A stretch of 64,000 nucleotides of DNA from Candidatus Eiseniibacteriota bacterium (GTDB taxonomy: Bacteria; Eisenbacteria; RBG-16-71-46; CAZAMP01). Shown piece by piece: positions 43,005 to 53,364 of the stretch; the first letter of the stretch is position 1; each line of letters starts with the position of its first letter. The translations under genes were made by a program, and so were the position numbers. The notes under the pieces were generated by a model. The model was not told where the DNA came from, did not search any database, and was given only the letters and a program-made list of their open reading frames with translations. The stretch spans positions 5,376,001-5,440,000 of the forward strand of contig OZ245046.1 in assembly GCA_965224245.1 (NCBI GenBank), given 5' to 3'.

Positions 43005-46000
43005 TCAGCCGACGGGATGCGTCGGCCGGTCGAGTCGCGCGTATGCGATGGCCACGGTCACCGCGAGGAGCGCCAGGACGATGGGGGCCGGCGCCACGTA
43101 CGTCGCGACGGCGACACCGAGCCCGGCCAGTAGAACCAGCGCCAGAAGTCCGGCGCCCGCGCGTGTGGTTCGCGGGATGAGAAGGGGCAGCACACACACG
43201 ACCGGCGCAACGGTCCAGACGGCCGATCCCATCGGTGCCTCGCGGACGGCGGTCGTCCAGTACGACGCGGCCAGTGTCGTCCAGCACACCAGGACCGTGG
43301 CGAACGCCACCAGGAGGACACCGGCCAGCGACAGCGGCAGCGCCCAGAGACGCGGCCGGTCGGCCCAGAGGCTCCGCACGAGACTCGACAGCGCGGCCGT
43401 CGACAGGACGGCCACGATCCCGATCGCGACGATCCGAACCGATGACCAATCGGCGATGCGTGTCGTCACCGCCTCGGGAAGGGGGAACGCCGTGCGGTTC
43501 ACGAACGGCAGCGTGCCGAACACGAGGATGCCGGCGATCGTGACCGCGCTCGTGTGGACGAGGCTCGACCGCCAGGCAGCCTCGAGGCGCCATCGGACGC
43601 GAATGGCACCGTAGTAGAGCGCGGGCAACACCAGCACGAGGAGAACGGTGCTGGCCGCCAGGCCACCGATGGAGGACCAGGCGAGGTTCTCCCAGATGTC
43701 CTGACCCTGTTGTGCCTGCTCGGGAATGAAAGGCTCGAGGTAGCGTCCGAAGCGCCCGAGCTTGTCGGCCAGCCAGGCGACGTCGACGACGAGCGGCAAC
43801 AGCCCGACGATCGTCGTCCCGCTGGTCAGCAGAATCGATCGGAGGCGGATCCGGGTCCCCCGCGCGATGGCGCGGCGAAGCAGGGGCCCTCGCTCGTGCC
43901 GGGGCAGGCGCGACAGATCGGAGCCTCCAAGGACGCGCGACCGCCCGAACCAGCTCGCCGGCGGGTCGGCGGCGCCACGCGACCGGAGGATCAGCTCGGC
44001 CTCGGTGCGGAAGCGACTGGTGAGGAGGATCGCGTTGTTGACCACGATGCCGAACAGGAGCACGAGTCCGACCCGCGCCGAGGAGTCGAAGGCCTTGCCG
44101 TTCTGCCAGAAGATCATCACAACCCCGACCAGCGCCAGCGGCACCGACGAGAGCACCAGGAACGGTAGCGACCCGCTCTCGAAGAGGGCTGCGAGGATCA
44201 TGAAGATGAACGCCGCCGCCAGCACGAGCGTGAGCCGGAGGTCCTCTTCCTCCTCCTGGGTGAGGAAGCTCTGGGAGCCCTCCTCCGCCTCGTAGCCGTA
44301 TGGCAGCTCCATTCCGTCGAGCACGTTCGCGATGTACGAGCGGCGCATCTTGTCGGTGCCCACGTACTCCCAGTTCACCTTGACCGAGTAGCGCTGATCG
44401 GTGCGTGTGACCGGCCCGGTGAGGGGCTCGGTCTGCACGGCCACCACGTCCCCCAGGTGGATCTGATCGCCGCTCGGCGTCACGATCGGCGTGGACTCGA
44501 CATCGGCGAACTGGATCGTCTCGGCGTCGTCGAACGTCAGCTGCACGCGCTCCTGCTTGCCGTCGATGAGCATGCTCCAGGGGACGTCGACGCCGAGGAT
44601 GCGGCGGATGCGGGCCGACAGCTCGGCCACCGTCAGCCCGTGCTGGGCCAGCCGTTCCCGGTCGAGCGTGATCACGGTCTCCTCCAGGGACGAGCGCTCG
44701 AACCGCCCCCCCGTGGTGATCCGCGCGTTGCGCACCCGACGCTGGCGGGACACCTGGCGCAGCGTCCGCTCGGCGATCTCGTTCAGCCGTTTCGAGTTGT
44801 AGCCCGTGAGCTCGATCAGGGAGTTCAGCGACGAGCCGCCGAACGAGCCCTTGAAGTACGGCGCGTCGGCGAAGCCGCGAATGAAGATCGTCGTGCCCGC
44901 GGTGGCGTCGGCCTGCTCGACGAGGAGCGAGCGATAGAGCGTCGGCGTCGGGGTGACCAGGAGCTCGCGGTCGAACTCCACGCGCAGCACGGCCTGGTTG
45001 TCGAAGACCTGCGCGCGGGCGCGCGCGCCTTCGGGAACCGGGTCCAGCAGCTCCTCGAAGCCGAGGAGTGTCTCGGACGTCACGCGAACGTCGGTGCCCG
45101 CCGGCATCTCCAGGTACATGAAAAGCTCTTCGGACTCCGGAAACCCGGCGAAGCCACCCTTGAAGACCTCCTCGTCGTAGATCTTCCAGGCCCATCCGAA
45201 GAGCACCAGGGTAGCCGGCAGCACGAGCCACCACACCCGGATCCAGGGGCTCAGGAGACGCTCGAGCCAGGTGGGGCCTTCCTCGGTCGCGGGCCGGTCG
45301 GTCACGAAGCCCTCGAGCGCCTTCTCGTCGGTGAGGTCCCGGTCCCCGTCCGGGGTGTGCGAGACGATCCAGCGCGCCCATCCCTGGTTCAGCACCACGG
45401 GGATCCAGGCGAAGGCGATGAAGATCGACGCGGCCATCGCCGTGGTCACCGAGATCGCCAGCGGGATGTAGTACAGGGCCAGGCGCCCGGACAGGAAGAT
45501 GAACGAGAAGAACGCCACGATCGTGGTCAGCGTCGTGGCCAGGATCGGGAACATGACCTCGTTGGTTCCCGCCACGATCATCCGCGCGGCCACGCGCACC
45601 TTGGCCGCCCCCGTGAGTCCCGCGCTCGCCGCCTGCTCCAGTGCGTGCAGGCGGCGATGGATCGCGTCCAGGACCAGGATGCTGTTGTCGAGGATCAGCC
45701 CGAAGCAGACGGTCAGTCCCGAGATCGTGATGAAGTTGACCGAGAGCCTGAGGAAGTAGAAGAGGCTCAGGCAGATCACGATCGCAAAGAAGATCGACGC
45801 GACCACCGTGGCCGTCAGCCGCACCTGCCGCAGGGAGATCACCAGCAACAGGAACAGCAGGAGCAGGATCACACCCGACCGTGCGATCAGCTCTCGCAGC
45901 TTGTCCTCGAGATCGCGTCCGAGATCCTCGTCGATCGAGAACGTGACCTCGAACGGCACCGTGGCCTGGATCTCGGGAAGCGCAGCCCGAACGCGCCGGC

Positions 46001-46883
46001 TCACGCCGACCGAGTTGGATCCGCTTCGCTTCTCGACCCGGGCCTGGACCACGTTCCGGCCGTTCTCGCGCACGAAGTAGGTGGGATCGTCGAAGTCCTC
46101 CTCGACGGTGCCGAGCATCTGGAGCGTGTACGTGCGCTCCCCGCGTCGGGCGACGACGGCTCGTCGCAGCGCGTCGAGGTCGATGTCGCCGCGGATGGCC
46201 ACCAGCTTGTCCTCACCGTCGGTGTGAACGAGGCCGGCGGCCTGGAGGTCGTCGAGGCTGACCAGCGTCCGGAACACCTCGTCGGCGGTGATCCCGCGCA
46301 GGCGCAGTGCCGTGCGGTCCAGCGCGATCTTGATGATCGGCTCGGCGCCGCCCAGGATGCGGGCGTCGGCCACGCCCTCGACCGCCAGCAGGCGGGGCAC
46401 GATCCACGTCTCGGCCATGTCGCGTAGCGTGTTCGGGTCCAGGTGGGACTCGAGGCTGACGCTGAAGAACTCGTCGGTCTCGAACTCCTCGGGCACGAAG
46501 GCGGAGATCTCGGGCTGACCTGCGTTCAGCGGCAGGTTGCGGCGCACCGTCCCCAGCTGCTCGTTCAGCTCCAGACGCGCGAAGTCGATCTCCACGTCGC
46601 GGCGAAACTCCACCGCGACCGTCGACCGTCCGGCGCGGCTGGTGGAGCGGACGTGCTCGACGCCGTGCACCTTGCGGGCGGCCTCCTCGATCGGGAGCGT
46701 GATCGAGCGCTGCACGGCCTGCGGCGACGCACCGTTCCAGAGGGTCTGGATGGACAGCGACGGCAGGTCCACGTCGGGGATGGCCTCGACCTCCAGCCGG
46801 GGAACGGCGTAGAGCCCCAGCACGACGAACGCCGTGAAGAGCATCCACGTCATCACCGGATGGCGGACGAAGTACCGCGTCAT
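43005..46883 (-). CDS. RND permease subunit 2 with ~200-aa extra C-terminal membrane region
   Basis: Start at ATG 46883 (MTRYFVRHPV, overlapping the upstream stop); GLILDNSI, GIVVNNAI, RLRSILLTS; 1292 aa. Confidence 0.88.
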   Translation of the reverse strand: MTRYFVRHPVMTWMLFTAFVVLGLYAVPRLEVEAIPDVDLPSLSIQTLWNGASPQAVQRSITLPIEEAARKVHGVEHVRSTSRAGRSTVAVEFRRDVEIDFARLELNEQLGTVRRNLPLNAGQPEISAFVPEEFETDEFFSVSLESHLDPNTLRDMAETWIVPRLLAVEGVADARILGGAEPIIKIALDRTALRLRGITADEVFRTLVSLDDLQAAGLVHTDGEDKLVAIRGDIDLDALRRAVVARRGERTYTLQMLGTVEEDFDDPTYFVRENGRNVVQARVEKRSGSNSVGVSRRVRAALPEIQATVPFEVTFSIDEDLGRDLEDKLRELIARSGVILLLLFLLLVISLRQVRLTATVVASIFFAIVICLSLFYFLRLSVNFITISGLTVCFGLILDNSILVLDAIHRRLHALEQAASAGLTGAAKVRVAARMIVAGTNEVMFPILATTLTTIVAFFSFIFLSGRLALYYIPLAISVTTAMAASIFIAFAWIPVVLNQGWARWIVSHTPDGDRDLTDEKALEGFVTDRPATEEGPTWLERLLSPWIRVWWLVLPATLVLFGWAWKIYDEEVFKGGFAGFPESEELFMYLEMPAGTDVRVTSETLLGFEELLDPVPEGARARAQVFDNQAVLRVEFDRELLVTPTPTLYRSLLVEQADATAGTTIFIRGFADAPYFKGSFGGSSLNSLIELTGYNSKRLNEIAERTLRQVSRQRRVRNARITTGGRFERSSLEETVITLDRERLAQHGLTVAELSARIRRILGVDVPWSMLIDGKQERVQLTFDDAETIQFADVESTPIVTPSGDQIHLGDVVAVQTEPLTGPVTRTDQRYSVKVNWEYVGTDKMRRSYIANVLDGMELPYGYEAEEGSQSFLTQEEEEDLRLTLVLAAAFIFMILAALFESGSLPFLVLSSVPLALVGVVMIFWQNGKAFDSSARVGLVLLFGIVVNNAILLTSRFRTEAELILRSRGAADPPASWFGRSRVLGGSDLSRLPRHERGPLLRRAIARGTRIRLRSILLTSGTTIVGLLPLVVDVAWLADKLGRFGRYLEPFIPEQAQQGQDIWENLAWSSIGGLAASTVLLVLVLPALYYGAIRVRWRLEAAWRSSLVHTSAVTIAGILVFGTLPFVNRTAFPLPEAVTTRIADWSSVRIVAIGIVAVLSTAALSSLVRSLWADRPRLWALPLSLAGVLLVAFATVLVCWTTLAASYWTTAVREAPMGSAVWTVAPVVCVLPLLIPRTTRAGAGLLALVLLAGLGVAVATYVAPAPIVLALLAVTVAIAYARLDRPTHPVG

Positions 46884-49800
46884 GCGAGGCTCTCCTCGGA
46901 CGCCGCCGTCTCGTGCACCCCGGATCCCGGATCCCGGATGCGGTGGGCGAGCATGTACAGGATGGGCGTGAAGATGAGCGTGGTCGCCGTGGTCAGCGCC
47001 AGTCCGCCGATGATCGTGATCGCCAGCGGCCGCTGGAGCTGCTCGCCGCTGCCGAGCCCGATGGCCATCGGCAGCATCGCCAGAATCGTGGTGACCGTCG
47101 TCATCAGGATGGGCCGGAACCGGAGTCGGCTGCCCTCCACGATCGCCTCGAACGGCGGCAGACCGCCGGCGCGTAGCCGGCGGATCGTGTCCACCTTCAC
47201 GATGGCGTCGTTCACCGCGATTCCGAGCAGCGCCAGCACGCCGATCAGCGACAGGATGTTGATCGTGTTGCCGGTCACGGCGATCGCGAGGATCGAGCCG
47301 GCCAGCCCGATGGGGATCACGCCCGCGATCAGCAGCGGGTCCAGGAACGACTCGAACTGGGCGGCCAGGATCATGTAGACGAGCAGCACCGCCAGCACCA
47401 TCGCCCATCCGAGGTCCCGAAACGAGTCGTGCATCGCCGCCTGCTCACCCCCCTGGACGAGCGTCACGCCGCCGAACGGCCCCATCTCGTCGGCGATCGT
47501 CATCGCGTCGGACCAGACGTCGCTGAAGCCGCGTCCGCTCACGTCGGCCGTGATGGACACCATGCGTCGCTGATCGCGCCGCACGAGCTCGCGTACCGGC
47601 CGCTCCTCACTGAGGGTCACGAAGCTCCGGAGCGGCACGGTCTCGCCGGCCCCCACCATGATCGGCGAATCGAGGGCGGCGGTCAGGTCCTCGCGCTTGT
47701 GGCGCGGCAGCCGGACGGCGATGTCGATCCGCTGCTCCACCTCGTTGAACGTGGTCGCCTCGACGCCGGCCAGGCGGTTGCGGAGCTCGGCGGCGATGCG
47801 GTCGGGGTCGAGCCCGTTCTGGAGGATGCGCTCCCGATCCAGATGCGCGACCACGTTGGCGGTTCCGATGACGCGGTCGATCCGGATGTCGGTGAGCCCG
47901 TCCACCGAGGCGAGCTCGGCGGCGAGGGTCTCGGCCACCGACAGCGCCTCGGCCGCGTCGTCCGAGACGACCCCGAGCGTGAACGCCGACTCGCCGGACG
48001 CCAGCAGCTCGTCCAGACCGATTCCCTCGTCACGGAACACGTAGGCGAGACCCGGCTGCGCCTCCAGTCGGGCCACGATCGCGTCTCGGGTTTCCTGTGA
48101 ACGCCCGGCCGCGCCCCGTCCCGGATGGAGGATGATCCGCATGCGGCTCGTGTTCGGCGCCGCGTAGTCCTGCATGGCGGCCAGCGTCTTCTCGGTCCGC
48201 CCCACCTGCGTGAAGACGCGCGCCACCGACGGGTCGGAGTCGATCCAGCGGGCCAGGTCCTGCGTGAAGCTCTCGGTCTCCTCGAGCGGGGTCCCGGCCG
48301 GGAGCTCGATGTCGAGCCTCAGATCGCCACCGGACCGCGCGGGCATGAAGCCTCGATCGAGACGGGTGCCCACGACGGCCACCACGGTCAGCGACAGCAC
48401 GAGCAGCCCCAGATGCAGCACCGGCCGCCGCATGGATCGGAGCAAGAGTCCGTGATGGATGCGAGCCAGCGCGCTCAGCCCGGACTGGAAGAGCCGGAAG
48501 ATCGGCGCCGCATGGCCCGTCCGTAGCGCCAGGACGCGTGCGGCGAGCATCGGCTGGAGCAGAAGCGCCGCCGCCACCGACACCAGGAGGCTGAACGTGA
48601 CGGTCAGCGCCTGGTCCCGGAAGAAGGCGCCGGCGATGCCGGGCACGTAGACCACGGGAAAGAACACCGCGATCGTCGTGAACGTCGCCGCCGCGACCGC
48701 TCGGGCCACCTCGCTCGTGCCCGTGTACGCGGCCTCGGCCACGGTGGTCCGCTCGTCGCTCCCCGAGCGACGGAGCTCGAGATGTCGACTCACGTTCTCG
48801 AGCACGACGATGGCGTTGTCGACCAGCATGCCCGCGGCCAGCGAGAGCCCGCCGAGGCTCATCAGGTTCAGCTTCACGTCGCCGAAGTACAGCAGCGCGA
48901 ACGTGATCGTGATCGAGACCGGGATCGAGATCCCGACCACGATGGGGCTGCGCGCATCGGACAGGAAGACGAACAGAACCAGGAACGCCAGCATGCCGCC
49001 GACGATCAGCGACTGGACGAGCCCCGCGAACGAGGCGCGAACGTAGTCGGCGTCGCGGTAGATGAACGCGAAGCCGAAGTCGCCGTAGTCGGACGTGAGC
49101 GCGGTGAGCGCGGTATCGATGCTCTCGGAGACCTGGATCGTGTTGGCCTCGGGCTCCTTGTACACCAGCAGCGACACCACGCGCCGGTCCGCCAGCAGGG
49201 TGTGTCCCTCGGGCTCCTTGAAGCCATCGACGACGTCGGCCACGTCGCCGATCTGAACCGCGCTCGCGCCACGGCGGCGGATCTCGGTGGTCCGGATGTC
49301 GTCCAGCGTCTCGTACTCGCCGGCGATGCGGAGGCTCAGACGGAGCGGCCCCTGCCGGATCTTCCCTCCCGGGAACGAGACGTTGGCCTGGCTGAGCGCC
49401 TGGCGGATGTCGTCGAGCTGGATCCCGTAGATGGCCAGCCGCTCGGGATCGGGGCTCACCAGGATCTCGCGATCGCGTCCCCCGACGACCTCGGCCTGGC
49501 TGACGCCGTGCACCTGCTCCAGCGCGGGCTTGACCACCTCGGTCGCGAAGTCGGTGAGGGCACCGATCTGATCGGACCCTTCCAGGACCAGGATGCTGAT
49601 CGGACGCGACGTGGGGTCCCAGCGCAGGATGACCGGGCGGTCCGCGTCCTCGGGGAAGTCCTGCCGGAACGCCACGCGATCGATCGCTTCCCGGAGATGG
49701 AGGTTCGCGAAGTCCATCTCGGTGCCCCACTCGTACTCCACCGTGACCATGGAGACGCCTTCGCGCGAGCGTGAGACGGTGCGGCGAACCCCGGCCAGCG

Positions 49801-50011
49801 CGGTCACGGTCTCCTCGATGGGCTGGGTGACCAGACGTTCGAGATCCTCGGCGGGTACGTCGTCGTAGACGGTGAGCACGGTCAGGCGCGGATACGTGAC
49901 CTGGGGCAGCAGGTCGACCGGCAGCTTCCGGTAGCTGATCGCGCCGATCAGGACCAGGGCCAGAAACAGCATCGAGATCGCGATGGGACGCTCGATCGCC
50001 GCTCGCAGCAT
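46880..50011 (-). CDS. RND permease subunit 1
   Basis: AIERPIA, GMLVDNAIVVLEN, RFRPILMTTVTT, PLAITIIGGL. Confidence 0.92.
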   Translation of the reverse strand: MLRAAIERPIAISMLFLALVLIGAISYRKLPVDLLPQVTYPRLTVLTVYDDVPAEDLERLVTQPIEETVTALAGVRRTVSRSREGVSMVTVEYEWGTEMDFANLHLREAIDRVAFRQDFPEDADRPVILRWDPTSRPISILVLEGSDQIGALTDFATEVVKPALEQVHGVSQAEVVGGRDREILVSPDPERLAIYGIQLDDIRQALSQANVSFPGGKIRQGPLRLSLRIAGEYETLDDIRTTEIRRRGASAVQIGDVADVVDGFKEPEGHTLLADRRVVSLLVYKEPEANTIQVSESIDTALTALTSDYGDFGFAFIYRDADYVRASFAGLVQSLIVGGMLAFLVLFVFLSDARSPIVVGISIPVSITITFALLYFGDVKLNLMSLGGLSLAAGMLVDNAIVVLENVSRHLELRRSGSDERTTVAEAAYTGTSEVARAVAAATFTTIAVFFPVVYVPGIAGAFFRDQALTVTFSLLVSVAAALLLQPMLAARVLALRTGHAAPIFRLFQSGLSALARIHHGLLLRSMRRPVLHLGLLVLSLTVVAVVGTRLDRGFMPARSGGDLRLDIELPAGTPLEETESFTQDLARWIDSDPSVARVFTQVGRTEKTLAAMQDYAAPNTSRMRIILHPGRGAAGRSQETRDAIVARLEAQPGLAYVFRDEGIGLDELLASGESAFTLGVVSDDAAEALSVAETLAAELASVDGLTDIRIDRVIGTANVVAHLDRERILQNGLDPDRIAAELRNRLAGVEATTFNEVEQRIDIAVRLPRHKREDLTAALDSPIMVGAGETVPLRSFVTLSEERPVRELVRRDQRRMVSITADVSGRGFSDVWSDAMTIADEMGPFGGVTLVQGGEQAAMHDSFRDLGWAMVLAVLLVYMILAAQFESFLDPLLIAGVIPIGLAGSILAIAVTGNTINILSLIGVLALLGIAVNDAIVKVDTIRRLRAGGLPPFEAIVEGSRLRFRPILMTTVTTILAMLPMAIGLGSGEQLQRPLAITIIGGLALTTATTLIFTPILYMLAHRIRDPGSGVHETAASEESLA

Positions 50012-50055
50012 GAAGTCCCCTCTGGGGCGCTAGTGCCCCGCGTCGGAGCGGAACC

Positions 50056-51366
50056 CTAGTCGATCGCCCACGGATCGACCGTGGGACGGACGCGCTTGAC
50101 CTTGATCTTCGCGTCGTGCGCGAGGGTCAGGTGGTTCTCCACGACGACCTGGTCGCCGTCGGTGAGCGATCCGCCTTGCAGCACCTCGGCGATCTCGATC
50201 ATCGACTCGTTGCGGGCGCCGAGCTCGACGTACACCCACTTCGATCGATCATCCTCGACGCGGAAGACGAGGGGTCGGCCGTCACGGGTGAGGATGGCCT
50301 CGTGGGGCACCATCAGGCGATCGTGAAGCACGTCGCCGGCGATCGCGGCTCTCACGTACATGCCGGGCTTCGAGCTTCCGTCGGCGTTGTCGAGCTCGAC
50401 GAGGACGTGACAGGTCCGCGTGTCGGGATCGACCGTGCTCCCCACGACGTCCACGCGCGCGCTGACGGTGTCGCCGAGCGCGGTGATCTCCAGCAGGCAC
50501 GGGCGTCCGGCCACGAGCCCCTTGAGATCGGACTCGAGGACGTTGACGCGAGCCCGCAGGTGTCGCTCGTTGACGATGCTGCAGATCGTCGTCCCGACGG
50601 CGACCTGCTCGCCTTCGGCGATGGTCAGGTTCTCGACGATGCCCGCGAACGGCGCGCGAAACGCCGTTCGTTCCAGATCGAGACGTGCGCGGAGCAGGGC
50701 CGCTCGGGCGCCCGCGATCCCGCTGCGCGCGACCACGACGTCCTTGCGATACGCACCGGACCGGATGGCCTCGAACTCGCGCTCGATGTCCGAGAGATCG
50801 GGATCGTCCGGGTCGGTGCCGGTGTCCGGGCTGTCGAGGGCCGCGCGCAGCTCGCTCACGTCGACCCCTTCGGCGGCCAGGCGGGCCAGCGATTCGCGGT
50901 ACTCGGACTCGCGCTCGTCGACCTCGATCTGGTACTCGCGAGGGTCAATCTCGGCGATGAGCTGGCCCTTCCGGACGTGATCCCCTTCGTTCACCGCCAG
51001 TCGCAAGAGACGTCCACGGACCTCGGCCTCCAGCTCGGCCCGGTAGCGCGACTCGATGCGACCCTCGGCAATGATCGGGAGCACGAGATCGCCGCGGACG
51101 ACGTCGGCGGCCTCGACCGAGATGGTGCGCTCCCGCGACGCGCGGGCGGACGGCCGCGCGTCGGTGGAGTCGGCGTCGGCGGCGGTGGAGTCTGCCGACG
51201 CGCCGGCATCGGCCTCGGACTCGACCTGACATCCGACCTCGGCGAGAAGGCCGGTGAGAAGGGCCAGCGCGAGCCCGAGCGCGCCCAGCCCGCTGGCGGG
51301 TCGGGGCGGCCGTCGGGGACCACGTGAGACCCGGGATCGGGACGCGGTCGATGCTTGGTGGACCAC
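50056..51366 (-). CDS. RND periplasmic adaptor (MFP), probable lipoprotein
   Basis: Hydrophobic stretch then VGC, EGDHVRKGQL, RAPFAG, PGMYV. Confidence 0.9.
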   Translation of the reverse strand: MVHQASTASRSRVSRGPRRPPRPASGLGALGLALALLTGLLAEVGCQVESEADAGASADSTAADADSTDARPSARASRERTISVEAADVVRGDLVLPIIAEGRIESRYRAELEAEVRGRLLRLAVNEGDHVRKGQLIAEIDPREYQIEVDERESEYRESLARLAAEGVDVSELRAALDSPDTGTDPDDPDLSDIEREFEAIRSGAYRKDVVVARSGIAGARAALLRARLDLERTAFRAPFAGIVENLTIAEGEQVAVGTTICSIVNERHLRARVNVLESDLKGLVAGRPCLLEITALGDTVSARVDVVGSTVDPDTRTCHVLVELDNADGSSKPGMYVRAAIAGDVLHDRLMVPHEAILTRDGRPLVFRVEDDRSKWVYVELGARNESMIEIAEVLQGGSLTDGDQVVVENHLTLAHDAKIKVKRVRPTVDPWAID

Positions 51367-51496
51367 TGGTCAGCTCCGGCGTGAGGAGGTGCGGCTCGGG
51401 CTCGCGACGCGTTCACGCGAGTCCGAGCCGCCACGGTCGAATCGGAAGGAGTCTACCCGAAACCGATCCGAACCCCGAGCCGGACTCGCGCGGCCG

Positions 51497-51540
51497 CGAT
51501 CGGGCCCACGATCGGCCCACGATCGGGCCCACGATCGGGC
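51497..51540. repeat. Intergenic 12-bp tandem repeat CGATCGGGCCCA (~3.7 copies, one 11-bp variant)
   Basis: Units at 51497, 51509 (one G missing), 51520 and a partial unit at 51532. Confidence 0.88.
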
Positions 51541-51544
51541 TTGA

Positions 51545-52807
51545 TCAGTTCGGCGGCGTCGATTCCGTGAGCTGGTAGCAGATCACGGCCAGCGGCTCGG
51601 CATCCTCGTCGATCTCCTCCTCGTCGTCTCCGCCGGCCCCGGCACCCTGCGCCGCCGCCACCGCGCTCATGAAGTCGGTGATGACGTAGAGCCGGTCCTT
51701 GGCGAACAGCATCCGATCGTTCTCGACGTCGAGCGTGGCGCTGCCGGTCATGTTGACCTGATCCACGAAGTGACCCTCGGGGTCGAACACGTCGAACTGG
51801 ACGATCGTGCCCTCGGGCGGCGTCCGGAGCCCGCGGCTCGAGACGACCCACAGCGAGTTGTCGTCGCGTACGAAGATCTGCTCGACGCCGCGGTGGTTCT
51901 CGCGGATCTTGAACGACGCGTTCGGCATCTGGGCTCGCGTGAACTGACGGAAGCGGTCCTCGACGCGCTGGCGCTCCTCGTCGGTGCGCTCGAGGGGCTC
52001 GTACGCGCGCTCGACGATGCGATCGAACGTGCCGTCCGGGTTCCACACGTGCACGCGGTACTGATCGTTGCCGATCACCGCGTACACGCGGCCGTCGCGT
52101 CCGACGGTCCAGCGGTTGTCGAAGCTGTCCCAGACCGCCTCGTCCATGACGAGGTTCGCGAACTCGAGCGTGCGCACTTCCTCGTGATAGCGCGTGACCT
52201 CGTTGCCCTCGTCGTCGATCGACATCAGGTAGCGGGTCTGTTCGAGATGGTCGCCCTGCGGGTTGCTGACGAAGGCCCCGAACACCGTGTTGGACGGCGA
52301 GGCCGCCGCGTTCAGGAGCCCGAAGAAGCCCTCCACCTTCGGAAGCGGGACGTCGTCGAGCGGATCGCCCTCGCTGGTGAGGTGCACGAGCCGTCCGGGG
52401 AAGAGCTGCAGAACGGCGATCGACCCATCGGGCATGAAGACGAAGTCCGCCGCGGCGTTGAACTCCCCGGGCGCCTCGCCCGAGCGGCCGATGACGTCGA
52501 CGAACTGACCGTCGGCGTCGAAGATCCGGATCTCCGAGAGCTGGCCGTCGAGGAGGTACACGTTGCCGTCCTCGTCGGCCTGGATCTCGGCCACGACACC
52601 GAAGATCTGGTCGTCGTCGTCCGAGTAGCCCCCGACGCGCCAGAGCTCCTCGAGCTCGACCGTGCGCGCCGGGTTCATCGGCGTGTCGGGATTGCGGATC
52701 AGACGCTGTCCGTCCACCGTCGTTTCGGTGCCCGACCAGTCGGCGACGGCCGTCGGGGCCAGCCCGACGGCGAGGACCGCGGTCAGCGCCAGGGTGCGAG
52801 CGTGCAT
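51545..52807 (-). CDS. Secreted 6-bladed beta-propeller (NHL/TolB-like) protein
   Basis: Signal peptide from ATG 52807; DEDGNVYLLD...IFDADGQF...GRSGEAPGEF; FDVFDPEG. Confidence 0.8.
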   Translation of the reverse strand: MHARTLALTAVLAVGLAPTAVADWSGTETTVDGQRLIRNPDTPMNPARTVELEELWRVGGYSDDDDQIFGVVAEIQADEDGNVYLLDGQLSEIRIFDADGQFVDVIGRSGEAPGEFNAAADFVFMPDGSIAVLQLFPGRLVHLTSEGDPLDDVPLPKVEGFFGLLNAAASPSNTVFGAFVSNPQGDHLEQTRYLMSIDDEGNEVTRYHEEVRTLEFANLVMDEAVWDSFDNRWTVGRDGRVYAVIGNDQYRVHVWNPDGTFDRIVERAYEPLERTDEERQRVEDRFRQFTRAQMPNASFKIRENHRGVEQIFVRDDNSLWVVSSRGLRTPPEGTIVQFDVFDPEGHFVDQVNMTGSATLDVENDRMLFAKDRLYVITDFMSAVAAAQGAGAGGDDEEEIDEDAEPLAVICYQLTESTPPN

Positions 52808-53208
52808 CGTGAGACTCCAGGGTTCGAGGCGAGTGAGCGAGATCCGGAAACCGGGCCGAGGCGCCCACCAGGCGCGACCGCCATCCCGAGTACCGTGCTC
52901 GGGGGGTGGGTATTCGCCGGAAGCAGGGGCCGGATCTCGGAAGGTGGACATCGGCGTCGCATGTCGACGCCCTCGAACAGCCGATTGTACGGCCTCCGAT
53001 CACGGGGGTTGCGAGAGAAGCGGGGAGCCGAGGCGAGGCGTGCGACGCCGTCGCGAGGCGGACGTCGTATTTTATTGTCGCTTAACGATTTGAGGCCGGG
53101 GTCGGAGCCCGCGTCCCGGCATGTCGGTGGCTGTGGCGGGGCTCCCGCCTGTCGAAGCCCCTGGATCGGGCCGAATCGGGTTTTCGGGGTGCCCTGGATC
53201 TCGAGCCT

Positions 53209-53217
53209 GTGCTAGAC
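53209..53217 (+). promoter_or_regulatory. Extended -10 promoter candidate (TG-C-TAGACT)
   Basis: About 150 bp upstream of ATG 53365; the same 9-mer lies on the minus strand upstream of clpS (~12755-12763). Confidence 0.45.
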
Positions 53218-53364
53218 TTTCGTCGTTGCGCAATCCACACGTGTCTCCACCGGGCCGTTTCGGTCAGGGTCGGCATCGCGGCTTGTGCAGCGGCGAAACG
53301 TTCTAACCAGGCGCAAACAGGACAGCATCCCTCGGGCACGCAGACAGTCAGTGGAGGACACTAC

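Noticed and set aside
53285-53350. GGCGAAAC...CGCAAA resembling a c-di-GMP-I riboswitch
   Set aside because: No GNRA-capped P2 stem or convincing P1/P3 pairing could be built.
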